Below are positions 25,336 to 37,319 of a stretch of 64,000 nt of DNA, in pieces (position 1 is the first letter of the stretch; the number at the start of each line of letters is the position of its first letter). The notes beneath the pieces are model-generated. The model had not been told where the DNA came from. It searched no databases and saw only the letters and a list, made by a program, of their open reading frames with translations. The DNA lies in contig JAPEUG010000051.1 of assembly GCA_026025795.1 (NCBI GenBank), forward strand, positions 1-64,000, in the 5' to 3' direction. Source of the DNA: Thelocarpon superellum (lineage: Eukaryota). Both the position numbers and the translations under genes were made by a program.

Positions 25336-26982
25336 GTCGTGGAATGTGCAGGTTAAAGAGGGGGTAGTCATCAAAAATGATCGTTGGAGGGAGACAGGTG
25401 GGCTATCAAGAAACAGGTTGATGGATGTTCGGCCATTGCGTATTCGGCGTCCTTGCCCCTGACATTGTAGCCAGGCTGAGGCTAGCCCCGGCCATCATCG
25501 TCGGGCGTGGATATCATCACTATTCACTACTAATGAATAGCGACGAGATGGCCATACTACCTACCTCCGAGTGTCTCGTGCAGGTTGCGCGTTTACATTC
25601 GTTTCCTGCGCTGTGAAGGGTGGCCTGATCAACGAGGCTAAGCCGAGATGCCGCGTCGGACCGGCTGATGACTTGCATCGCGCACTTGTTGAAAATGTAC
25701 GGGGTACGGGCACGACTTAGGGTACTCCTACCTGTCGGTACTTGACGTTTGGTAGCGCAACAAAAGTCATCGTTCGACCCGTACTCCGTCAGTTTCTCGA
25801 TCTCACGAAAGACAGAGCACCAGTTCCACCTAGGCTATCGTACTCGGGAGCTTTGAGCCACTCCGAGCTATGCAGGCTTCCACGTTTCACAGTGTCGGCA
25901 CCTCTCGGCTGGCATCGACCTCTGCTGCCTGCTTCTGTCTTCTCAACCCTCCCATTCGTTACGATCCACCACAAGATCCATCTGCAACGCGCTGATGAAT
26001 TCTGATGGTGCAAAGTAGTACTGGACAGATTTGCGGTCCGTAGGTGGATTGGAAGCCGCGGACAGGATGGCTCACTGGAATGGATATGAGAGGCGGGCGC
26101 TGGTCCTGTAGATATCAGGTCGAGATACTGCTCACCATTTGACCGATCACCGTCGCAAGCGCTACGAACATTCCGCGACGCCTACCAAGTGTGCCTCAGC
26201 AATGATAGCGGACGCTAGCGGATGCTGACGGATTCGTCCGCGGGCTGCAAGTACGAGTACTGCTGGAATGGACACTGAAGCATGAGCAGTGGAAGCGGGT
26301 CTGAGAACGACGGACCAGCGTCCGCGGCGAGGGTGGGGACCATCGCCGATCGATGAAGGAAGCGTTGGCTGCCTGGTCAATTCGCTACCCGAGCCCTGTC
26401 AGCATCTCGTACCAAGACCCCACCGTGCGCGTGGGCCGTGAACAGCCACAGTCCCGCCGCGACGGTTATGCGCCACTGTCCAAAGCCAAGGCATCTCAGA
26501 AGGTCGTGACCGGGGTCCTGCGCGCGGCCTGCGAATCACAAACATGCGGCAACAGGCGAGTCGCGAGTACTGGGACGGGTACATCTTCTTCGCCACTGTG
26601 CTTTGAGCAGCGAATCCACACCGAGGACTCTTCCCCTAAGGACCACCCTGTAGGGTTCTGCTCACCAGATCCCATGCCAACGTTTTAGCGCGCTCTGCCC
26701 GATCTCGTCCCGAAGACCCGTCGTGGCGATAGCTGACCACGGTTGATACGTCTCTTCCCCCCATGCTGAGCTTTCTCGACCTTTATCTCGGCCCCACCCC
26801 AATTGATCTACTTATTGATTCAGCCTCCGCACTTCAATTCGACCTTGCAGCCTCATCGCTTCGCGCCTTGTGTCCCCGGGGTCCGCTGCATCGGTCAAGG
26901 ACACCATAGCGCAGCCAGGTGACGAGGTGCTCGCCGCGACTTGCCCGGCGCCGTCTGCGCCAACCGAGCCTCGGTCCGTTTT

Positions 26983-28016
26983 GATGGACCACGCGGGACA
27001 CGCACGCCAGCATGGTGAAGATGTGAGGATTGATGAGAGGCAAAGCCAAGTGGGTTGACAGAGCAGGTTCTGAAGCACTCAAGATCACCGAGCTGACGTT
27101 GCTCTCCGTATCGACCCGAGCCAACACCGGTCTGACGCGCGAGGATTGTTGGCCTCCGACCGCGGCGGGCAACTGGCTTCATTGGCCAGGTGACGTGCCT
27201 TCACCCGCACCAGCCGACCTACCCTATTGGAATCCCGCGGCATCGTGGGACGAGGTTATGGACACCAGCATGGCCACCGGCGCCTGTCCCGTGTCTGCCC
27301 TGGAGACTTCCCGATACTCCAGCGTGCCGCCCCTTTCACTCGACCCGTCTCTCGTCCACGCCGTCGGCATCAGCGCAGCCATGCACGGAACCGGTGCCCC
27401 GAATCAAGGGTGGTCCGCATACGCGCTCGACAGAGAAGCTCCGCCCAGTACGCTTGGTCGAGCCGAGTCCGCGGCCGAGTCTCCACAAAAGTTGCTCCTG
27501 ACACCAGTCAGCGAGGTGATTGACGAAGTCATGTCGCAGGCATCGTCCGGACAACCTACGGTCGACACGGCCCTCCCATCACAGTCCTACACAGACGCCA
27601 CCCGAGCCGAAGAGGGGAGTGACCTCAGCCCGCAGGTACGCACAGCGGCTGAAAAACGGAATGAATGCCTGCGCCGAAAGGACATCTCCAAGAAAGCGCA
27701 CACCCGGGTAGAGAAGAAATACCGGCAGAACTTGAACGACAAATTCAGTCTGCTCCTCGAACTGCTGGTCAAGCTTGGCATCCAGTCCTGCGCCCACGAC
27801 GACTTCACCCTCGGTCAGGGCTGTCTGAAGGTGGTGGATGACCCCAAACACCAGTGTCAACCAAACAAGGGCAGCATTTTGATCCAAGCCACACGCCACA
27901 TCGAACGCATCGAGCAACAAAACGGGCGTCTCCGCGAGGAGAACAAGACGTTGAAAGGGTATGTCTCGACTTTGGAGGGGTACGCTCGATCCAAGGACCA
28001 TCCGTTGAGTCGATGA
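26983..28016 (+). CDS. bHLH-Zip transcription factor, SREBP-type (Tyr in basic region), no TM segment
   Basis: KKAHTRVEKKYRQNLNDKFSLLLELL...PNKGSILIQATRHIERIEQQNGRLREENKTLKGYVSTLE. Start uncertain (ATG at 26983 with an intron from ~27049, or an internal Met). Confidence 0.8.
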
Positions 28017-29504
28017 CCTCAGGACTTAACGACAGGGGCTGCTCTTGAGAGAATCGGTTCTCGAGCCGTGGAGCCCCCAAGGCTCTGGGAAGCCATCTTT
28101 AGCCGTTCAAGGAACACGAATGCGATGTCATTTCTCTTTTCTTGGTTAGAGGCGCTTCCTGGATTTCGCTGCTTCACGTTTAAGTCATCACTGACAGAAG
28201 CTCAAAGTACCAATGCGCACGACGATTGACATGAAGTGATGTAGCATCCGACCCGCTGCAATGGAGGATATTTTGGGAACGTTGGGGGTCACCGGTGTCG
28301 TGAAGGAGAAAGACTTTTGGCTCTCTCACTTTTCTACCCATCCAGCTTCGTGAGGATGGTGATCTCTCTCATGTCGTGCTCCCTGCTGACGCCCAGATTG
28401 CGTCCGATTCACTTACGAGATGGTATACAGTATCGCAAGTCTGTTCCTTTTGTAGCCAGATAGACACGAGCATGCATACGAGAGAAAGACGAGCTCAGAT
28501 GACCAACGGATCGGATCAAGAGTGGTCCACACTGTAGATTGTGAGGGTAAAGGTGGCATGGCACGCATGGAGTGGCGTGTGAGGCACGTCAGGCGTGCGG
28601 GGGAAAAGGACAGAAACGCGAGACGAGGATTGCAAAGGTCGGCCAGCTTCGCCATAGCCGCGTGGCTTCCGGGGGTGGACTTTGCCCCCATCTTTCTCCC
28701 ATACTGATCGGAGATACCGCCCGAGGCATTAGCAGGAGTAGACTCCAATGGGGAATGATCGCCATCGCATCGGACCCGCTGGGGTGGGAGATTAGGGTTT
28801 CCCTACTGAGGTAAGGTCGGTGGCGGCCTCGGCCAATGGGAACACTAGTCTGGAGTTGCTTCTCCGGTCACATGAGCAGCAGTGTGACTACCTCGTGCGC
28901 GGGGCTCTTCTCGTAGACTACGCGCCGTCGCGTCTGGGATGGAATTCGCCATCATTCTAATTCCATCTTCCATCCTGATGTCCTCAGCAGACGACAATTA
29001 CTCGCGGATGATGATGCGGAACTGGAAGACGGGCGCAGCGTCCATCGACGATAAGGGGGCGAAAGTGAGGTCGCCACAGACTTCATGGTGGCCTGACCCT
29101 CTCTCGTTCTGTAGGCCTCCTTTCGCCTCCTCCCCTCTACTGGCTTCGAAACGCAGGCGATGAGTCTTTCTCTACCTCGATACCCATCTCATCTCTTGGC
29201 CACGGCCAATGAGCTCATCCGCGAGCTTCCGGCATCCCTGCCCGCCCATCTGACCAGTCCTATCAACCCATGAGCCCGAAACATAGGTGCGATGCTGGTT
29301 GGGAGCGGCACCGCACTTCACTCCGAGTGGTGCGTCAACGCTGCGGATCATGATAATGACGTCGGCGTTTGAGAGGACAAGCATTCGGGTTCTTCTCAAC
29401 GGTTTCGACCAGCAGTCTAGTGGTAGGGTCTCGGACCTCGAACAACTCGGTGGGCTCTACAGATTTCCGCAAGAATGGCGCGGAGCGCGAAGCGGCGGTG
29501 ACTG

Positions 29505-30117
29505 TCAGAAAGTGCCCTCACACTTCGCACAACGACATCGTCGATCCATCTGCCGGGATCTCCAGCATGGAATCTCCTGGACGGCTTCGTCGCTTAGACC
29601 CCCGTCCTTCACTTGGTCGTCCATCCATTTTTGCACAGCTTTGCTTTTACCCCGACCTATTCCGCTCTCAGCGGCTTCCCGTCCCCCGGGCTTTTTCGCG
29701 CCTACTGTCCTCGGCCCGGTTCCCTTGGGTTCCTTTGGCTTCGTGTGCTTTCGCCCGGACCGTTGCTTCGCAATAAGCGCGTCAAGAGACGCTGTCACCT
29801 GATGTAGGTCGATCTCGCCAGGCCTGTCCAGCGGCTGGTGGAAGGAAGGCACGTCAGACGCTATCAACGCGCAGGAAGAACATCGTTGGGGGAGCTCTTA
29901 CCTGGCCTGGCAGGCTGCACGTCTCCTCGGCATGCTGTGGCAGATCTGTCCGGGCGTGATCGCCATTGCCTTCGTCACCCTCGAACTTCTGGACGCGCAG
30001 AAGTCCAGCTTTCGAGTGAGAGTCTGAAAAGCCGTGCCGGCGCGACAGAGGAGACATCTCCAATGACTTGCGCTGTTCCCTCCTACTTGCCGCAGGATCA
30101 AGTGGATTGGCGGGCAT
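29505..30117 (-). CDS. Hypothetical two-exon orphan protein
   Basis: ORFs 30198-29854 and 29867-29505 are joined in phase 0 by a canonical 67-nt intron at 29901-29835 (GTAAGA...CTGAC...CCAG). No recognisable domain. Confidence 0.4.
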
Positions 30118-31140
30118 GACGGGGTTCTCGAAGGCTCTGTAGTAGGTCGTAGTGTGGTTGAGATCGAAGTAAATGAGGACGGCGGGATCTCGGGACATTT
30201 TGATCGCAGCTTTGCGTGATCCATGTAGGAAACTGGGGCCCTTTATTCTGGTCGTGGGGCTGGGAGGCTGTGATCAACGCAAGCTATGAATCACGTCCGA
30301 GCTGTGCGTTTCACATCGTGGGTGATGCGTGACATTCCACAAAGCGGTGGTGTGATCATGGCCGACCTGCAGCAACTCACGGGTCTTGCTGAAGACACTC
30401 CCCAGGTAGGGATGGTGGATCTGCCGGATCTGCTCTAGGCGACGACCACAGCTTCCGCAGCATTAATACAATCATTGGATCGCGGACTGTAGCGGTCGCC
30501 CGTGTGCAGGGGGAGCGGCAGATGCGTTGGCGCCAGACGGCGAGCGGGTAGCCATGGGGCGAAGAACAATCCCTTGCTCCGCACCGAAAATGGCGGTGCC
30601 GAGGGTCCATGAGCCAGAACTCGGCCTCGGTACTTCGACGCATCGACGCCGCGCATCGACGATGGGCAGCTACGATGCTGCACTAAGCCGCCGGGATGTA
30701 CGAGCCCGCGGTTGGAAATTGGGTTTGGTCATCTTACAATGTTCTAGCGGCTTCTGGCGGGCAGGTGAGTCGGAGGCAGGGTCACAGCGTGTCACACGCT
30801 GAAGCTTTTGGACAGGCAACATCTTCCGTGGTCTCGTCTCCTCTTGCCTTGGCGTACCCTCTCCATGGTGGATGGCCGCCACCCGCTCCATGATTCACCG
30901 GAGATTGCTCCGGGTGCGTCCAACATGCCACTGCTCGTCATGGTTCTGTCATGACATAAAGTACACGCGAGCATTTCCTGATGCCCGCCGCAAGCCCCAA
31001 GGAGAGGCGAAAAGGAAATCCCATATATCATGAGAGATTGCCAGTCAGCAGTGCTGCCGGATCAAGCATCCATATTCCCAAACCAACACCTTGATCCATA
31101 TCTCCCCATCCCCTAGTTGGAGAGCACTTGGTGGTTGAAC

Positions 31141-31722
31141 ATGTCCCCTTGGGCTGGTCTGTGGCCCACACCCCACGTCACCGCGGTAGAACATCTCCCC
31201 ACACCCAAGTCTCTAGTGCACTACTTCAACCGCGGCGAAATGTCCGCGAACGAGCGAAAGGTGCAGCGGGGTGTGTTATCGCCCGACTTTGACATTCGCG
31301 AAACCGACAGCCATTACTTCCTCGAGGCCGAGCTTCCAGGCCTCGAGGACAAGTCGGCCATCAATATGGAATGGACGTCCAGTCGCACGCTGGTGGTCGA
31401 GGGCCAGATGGAACGTCCGAAGCTCGCAGCCATGTGGAAGGAGCACGCGCAAGACGGAGGCGCGTTGCATCGATGCCCGAAATGCGACGACGAGGCCAAA
31501 GACGACAAAGATCACGAACGCGAACACGACCATACTTCCGAAGATGGATCGAAATTCCTCCTTGACGAACGCAAGATCGGTCCGTACCGACGAGCCTTTA
31601 GCTTTCCCGTTGACGTGGATCAGTCGGCGATGCGCGCGAAGCTGAGAGTCGGTCTTTTGGAAATCAAGATCCCCAAGCAGCCTCAGGATCGAACGGTGCG
31701 AAAGCGAGTGCGGATTGAATGA
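31141..31722 (+). CDS. Small heat shock protein (HSP20/alpha-crystallin)
   Basis: SPDFDIRETDSHYFLEAELPGL...TLVVEG...ERKIGPYRRAFSFPVDVDQSAMRAKLRVGLLEIKIPK, with C-terminal VRIE (IxI/V motif). Confidence 0.92.
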   Translation: MSPWAGLWPTPHVTAVEHLPTPKSLVHYFNRGEMSANERKVQRGVLSPDFDIRETDSHYFLEAELPGLEDKSAINMEWTSSRTLVVEGQMERPKLAAMWKEHAQDGGALHRCPKCDDEAKDDKDHEREHDHTSEDGSKFLLDERKIGPYRRAFSFPVDVDQSAMRAKLRVGLLEIKIPKQPQDRTVRKRVRIE

Positions 31723-32446
31723 GACGCGGTACTCGTACCATTACATGGACCTTCCGCACCGATGTTTTTCTCGGTCACAGCAATCATTCCAGAGCGGGTT
31801 GGATGCGGGAGAAATGGTAATATGGGTCCAGTAGGATAAGGATGGTCACGCGCCGTTTGCTTTGGTGCATACCCGCGAAGGGAGAAATTCAAATCCAGTG
31901 TCGTACACTGAAACATCTCGAACGGTCTCACCATGCAGCGGGTCGGCTCACCGACTGTCAGATATTGAAACCGTCTTCAAACTCGAATGGCGGAAGAAAA
32001 GGGCTGCACCAGCACTTCATGTCGGTTTGGAGCGATTATTCCGCGACATGCTCGGATGGAAGAATCTTTGATGTGTAGGAGCGCGCACGTGATCAGGTCA
32101 CGTGCCCACTCCTACTACAATCCGACTACGCGTAGATTAGCAATTCAGCTCTGATTCCTACAGATGGATGTTTTCGGCTGCTGAGGGAACGATGTCCGAA
32201 TAGGAATGGATCTACAGGTCATAGACAAAGTCAAGCTAGAGCCCCAAAGTTAGGAAGCTTCGATTATGTCAAACAGCATTAGATGCAAACCCGACGCACC
32301 ATTCCACGCCATTCCGTCTACCATACTTTCTCCACCGACACCTCCATTCCACAGACCCACCTCCAGGCGCTCCAAGCCCGTATCAGCGGATGTACAAGCA
32401 TGATGTCTCCACAGGATAAATGACAGTTCTCCACCCACCCTCCGCC

Positions 32447-33160
32447 ATGCCTACGATCTACACATACCACTGCCACTGCACGACTCTCCTGCTCGCCAGC
32501 ACGTACGACCTCTCGAAGCTACCTCAACGACAAGCTCCGGGTTTGGACTCGGCTTTGATCTTGCCCCTCCCGCCCCCTCCTACCATTCGGAGTGCTTCAT
32601 CTCCTTCGCCGTCCGAATCAGATGTTGACTCCGACAACGAGGGCGAGGAGGAGGAAGAGGAGGACGCGGACAAAGTAGCAACATCCCACGACATCTCTAC
32701 GACAAAGAATTTCACGAAGCCCAAAAGAAAAGGGCAAGGAGGAGAAGCCGAAGCAGACAAGGACAAGGACAAGGACAAGGACAAGGGGGGGAATGGTGGG
32801 GCATTCGAGGGCTACTCGCTCCTCCTTTCGACCTTCCTGGCTTCCAAGCCACTTATTGTGCGGCGCGAGGACGGGTTGGAGAAACGTCGTCTGCTGCGCT
32901 GTGCGCGTTGTAGGCTCGTGCTTGGTTATCAGCTCGACGCGGTGCATTTTGCGGGTGCGGGCGCGGGTGCGGGTGCGGGTGCGGGTGCAGGGAAGGCGGG
33001 AAACAAGGATGGCCAGGAGAAGGTGGGCGGGGAGGGAGATGGCAGCACGGAAGGCGTCACGTCCAGAGGCAAGGTCGTCTATCTCCTCCCGAACGCGATG
33101 CTCTCGACTGCCGATATGACACAGGGTAAGGGGAGGGACGACGTCGATGTTCAGATCTGA
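32447..33160 (+). CDS. Conserved Cys-motif protein resembling STEEP1/CXorf56 (UPF0428)
   Basis: IYTYHCHCTTLLL..L..LP.R...LD.ALIL and IVRREDGLEKRRLLRCARCRLVLGY, with acidic, DK and GA low-complexity inserts. Confidence 0.7.
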   Translation: MPTIYTYHCHCTTLLLASTYDLSKLPQRQAPGLDSALILPLPPPPTIRSASSPSPSESDVDSDNEGEEEEEEDADKVATSHDISTTKNFTKPKRKGQGGEAEADKDKDKDKDKGGNGGAFEGYSLLLSTFLASKPLIVRREDGLEKRRLLRCARCRLVLGYQLDAVHFAGAGAGAGAGAGAGKAGNKDGQEKVGGEGDGSTEGVTSRGKVVYLLPNAMLSTADMTQGKGRDDVDVQI

Positions 33161-33483
33161 CCTCCGTGGTTCTCCAGCTCTTCGTACCCATGGTGTGGGT
33201 GTCATCCACCACCGTAGACTCGTCGGCACGCCTTCGCCCCTGATTTCGCACCAATTTGTACAATACAGCTCTTATGCGCTACATAAAGATACCCTCAGCC
33301 GATTCTTGACTCGATTCGATTCGATTGACACCGGTCGCGTCCTTTCAGATGCACTCGTACGCGCCATAATTCAGTAGGAGCCACTGTGGACTGGAAGGAG
33401 TGAGAAGATGCCGCCAATGTGTTTGTTCCCTGCTCTCCCTCTCGCTCCCTCTCATGATCCTCCCTTCCGTTCGTAATCGCGAC

Positions 33484-34257
33484 TCAGTTTGCAAGTATCG
33501 TTCGAACGAGGTCTATTGAGCAGAGAGTCAGCGCCAACGCCTAGACGAGAGGTTCGAAATCGGCGAGACATACCCGTATAGTTGATCTCTCCGCTGCTCG
33601 TGTCGACTGCCTTCAATAGCTCGTCCACTTCATCGTCCGTCATCTTCTCACCGAGGTTGGTCAGGACTGAGAGCAGGTGTTAGTACGACAATCTATCCTC
33701 AGGGTGATCGTTTGAGACACACTGTATCGCAGCTGTCCCACGCCAATGAAGCCCGTCATGTCCTTATCGAACACCTGAAAACCTCGACAGTATTCCTCGG
33801 GCTCGCCAGGATCACGAAAGCCGCCCGGCCGGTTGAGGACCTTTTGGAAGGTCTCAAAGTCAACTGCAACCGGTATTATATCGTCAGTCCTCCTTCCTCA
33901 CGCCGTTTCTTATCAAGGGATTGTGTCATGCACGTACAGTCTCCGCCAACTCCTTGTTCCAAGTCCCGACACTCGGCCATGGTTGGGTTCTGGCCGCATG
34001 CTCGTAGAAGGTCACCGAGCGACTCTAGCGACACGCGTCCGGTGCCACGCTTATCAAAGAGGGAGAAGGCTTCTTTGTAGTTGGTCGATGCCTGTCAAAA
34101 GAGGGACGGAAAGTCAGTCAATGCGGTAAGGGAGGGGGAAAGGCGGTTGTCGAAGGGGCAGGGCCACCGATCAAAGACAACTAGAGGTGATGATAATGTT
34201 GATGCTGATGACACCGGCGAGCTGGACCATCGAATGAAACTGAACACAACTCACCAT
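33484..34257 (-). CDS. cdc4: Myosin light chain (EF-hand; S. pombe Cdc4 / Mlc1 orthologue)
   Basis: ATG-only first exon, then ASTNYKEAFSLFDKRGTGRV..LGDLLRACGQNPT..FDFETFQKVLNRPGGFRDPGEPEEYCRGFQVFDKDMTGFIGVGQLRYILTNLGEKMTDDEVDELLK..DLVRTILAN*. Confidence 0.93.
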
Positions 34258-34670
34258 ATTGATCTTCTTTCAGCTCGTGCAATCCGTGGGTAGAGTTGAC
34301 AGCAGTGATACGGATCGCAATTGATAGATGTGGATACTCGTCCGCCAAGCGCTTGACCGCGGGTCGAGAGTTCGCGTGTTTGGAATTTCGGTTGCTGTTG
34401 CTACGGGGCGACGCAAACACCACCGGTGTGCCACCCAGCGAGTTCGCTTTGCTTTTGCCGAAGTGGCGAACCCAGGAGCTGCCGGCCTCAAGTAGCGAGT
34501 CCGCCCTGTAACCTGACACGACCTCGAATTTGGGAGTTCAAAGTGTGCCCATCATCAATTGACCATGCTCGTATGTTTCCTTCCCGTTCGCGTTCTACAG
34601 CTGCTCTGCTGTCCCGTCTTCCGGGCGTATTCCCTCTACAGCTAATCCCTTTTTCCTCCAAAGTCCGGGT

Positions 34671-35640
34671 CTACCTTTTTCTGGCCAGCAAGAGACCACT
34701 ACCCCATTCAATGTCTACGGGCAATTCCTCCCAAGTGGAGCCAGCAAGTTGCCAATCGGGTTCGACCTGCACCATTTGGTCAAACATCTCGTCGACGATG
34801 TCTCCCGTGCCACCTTCGCCGAGCGTGCGGGTGTCAGGATGTGCCTCACGCCAAGCGTGGTAGGAGCTCCAGGTACGAATATATCCCTTGCACTGGCCCA
34901 AGGTCATCGTTCGCTCGAGCATCAACGTGCCCGCTCCCGCGCGTTTGCCCATGTTGGCCGGCTCGTACTCAATGCGGCGTACATCGGCCCAGTCGGTCAC
35001 GGGCGGGTGGATGTCATGGTATTGGTCCTCGACGATGCGTCGACCAGGCTGCGCCCAATAGCTGCCGAGGAAATTCGGGCCCTGCTCGTGGGAGTAACGA
35101 CGCAAGATGGCCGTTGCGCGAGGATGATCGACGAAGGTATGATCTTTATAGCCCCAGAAGGCGAGCGTTCCCTCTCGTCGGAGGAGGCGCCACAGTTCTC
35201 CCCACACACGCGGGTAGTCAAACCAGTGCGCCGCTTGACCCGCCACGACCATGTCCACTTGACCGTCTTCCAAGAAGGGGAGTGACTCGGCCGGCGCCTC
35301 ACGAAAGTCGATATTGGGAAAATCATACTTCAGGGTGGATGCTTTGGCAGTCGCCGTCATGCCCGGCGACGGGTCCGTCCCCACGACCGTGGTAAAGTAC
35401 GGAGAGAAGGCGCGAGCGACCATGCCCGGTCCACTTCCCAAGTCAACCACGAGGCTTCGCGGACCTCGATGGTATTCGAGGAGGGTTTCGTAGAGAGAAG
35501 GTGGGTAGATGGGTCGCATGGCTGCATACGCCGCGTGCGAGAAGGTGCTTTTACTGGGGGCGTGCATGCATCAGCCTGAGCGGGACGAGGAGACAGTGCA
35601 AGGACAGCTTTGGGCGGGACCCGTACGCGAAGGTCGCCAT
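34671..35640 (-). CDS. Class I SAM-dependent methyltransferase (trans-aconitate methyltransferase Tmt1/Crg1-like)
   Basis: MATFA|KSTFSHAAYAAMRPIYP, motif I VVDLGSGPG, GTDPSPGM, VAGQAAHWFD, GTLAFWGY. Confidence 0.88.
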
Positions 35641-35972
35641 GTCACGACAGTCTTGAGGTGATGCCGATCACAGATCTGGCCACTCTTCGGCGTGGTGCAC
35701 CTCCGCAAAGAGACACAATGACTACGGCGGAGTTGTGCGTGATGAGCATTCGAGAAGAGAGGAGGGATTCTTTATTGGCATTTCTCCGACCTCGGACGCC
35801 AGACGCAGCCGAAAATAAGCGCGGGCTATCGATAGTAAAGCGCGCCCCGCCGCGCTCGTCATCGTGCCGTGTCGGCCGAGTGGAAGGAGGCAACTCGACG
35901 TGAAGGCTGTCACTCGGAGCACCGTCACCACCACCACCCAGAGTTGCCGCGCTATCCTGACGAGTCTTCAAG

Positions 35973-36502
35973 ATGGAGGCCGCGGTGAAGACCTTCTTTT
36001 CCCAACCTCGATTTGCCGTGGTCGGCGCGAGTAACGATCCTTCCAAGTATGGGTTTAAAGGTAGGTGCGCCACGTATCGCCGACCGAGAGATGGCTTCGT
36101 CACGTTTACGCGTGTTGTACTCCAGTCTTCCGCTGGTATCTAGCCCACTCTCTTCCCGTGACGCCCATCAACCCTCGCGCGCTCTCCATTACCGTGTCCG
36201 GCACTTCTTATGCTACGGCCGCCAGCATTTCCGCACTCCCGACCCCCAGTGAGACTGCCATCTCCATCATCACCCCGCCCGCCATCACCGCTCAAGTGCT
36301 CGAGGAGGCGCGGGAGAACAACGTCATCGCCGTCTGGTTGCAACCTGGTAGCTTTGATGAACAGGTCCTGGCCCTAGCTAAGCGCTTTGGCGCGGGCATT
36401 GGCGGAGACGGTGGAGACGGCGGGGAAGGTTGGTGCGTGCTGGTGGATGGAGAGGTGGGCTTGGATCTCGCTCAGCGAGAATGGAAAGCGCAAAAGTTGT
36501 GA
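35973..36502 (+). CDS. CoA-binding protein (YccU-like Rossmann fold)
   Basis: FAVVGASNDPSKYGFK|VFRWYLAHSLPVTPINP...SIITPP..T..VL..A......VWLQPG. One intron at 36061-36125. Confidence 0.88.
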
Positions 36503-37319
36503 GCAAGACCAACTTTTCATCTCTGCTCTCCTTCATGCTCCGACAGTATCACGGCATTATATGCCTCAGGAATACGCCGTAGGCTTGTCCGTGCGAGGAA
36601 CTGGCGAGGGAGGTCATCACAATTGTTGGACGATTCATGCAATCATTTCCGCATCCCATCGCCTATCTACGTGATTATCCGCCCACGCCTTGATGCTGTC
36701 CCGGGAGAGCGGAGTGACGCAGCCCAAGCCAGGATCCATGGGCCGGCTTTTTAGCTAGACGAGACACCGCGGACAGCAAGCTAGGAGCTAATTGCTAAGA
36801 ATTGCCAATTCGACGAGGTTGGATCCGTCGTCCCTGTCTTTTGGTCATCGTCAGCGACTCGACGAGGTCCGAGAGGTGATCCGTGCCCGCGGCCACGGCA
36901 CTTCGGGTCCTCCATTTGGCAGGTGTTCCTTCATCCGGCTCCCATCATGAGCGACAAGATTTCTCGAGCTCGAGAGTGCCGGCGGACCGAAAGAGTGGAC
37001 CCTGAAGAAAGGACCCAATCGGATGGGTCATGCTCCTTCACGTCGCGTTCGATCTACCAATGGTTCGTGGTTCCTCTCGTCTGCCCTTGGCCGTGCACTC
37101 GCGGGACCCAACCCAACACGACACCTTCCCTATCGTGGTAGACCATTGGCGTGAAGCAAAGGTGAGGCAATCTACAGATTAGTTATATAGTGCGCAGCAT
37201 GGTCTCCGTCGGCATGGCCCCACCGTCTTTGGGGCTCAGCGCGTCACAGTGTGTCGTGTTCGGGTATCTTCCAGGCCCATCCAGGGTCGCGCGAGCCTCT
37301 GCTACGGGACCCTCTCACG

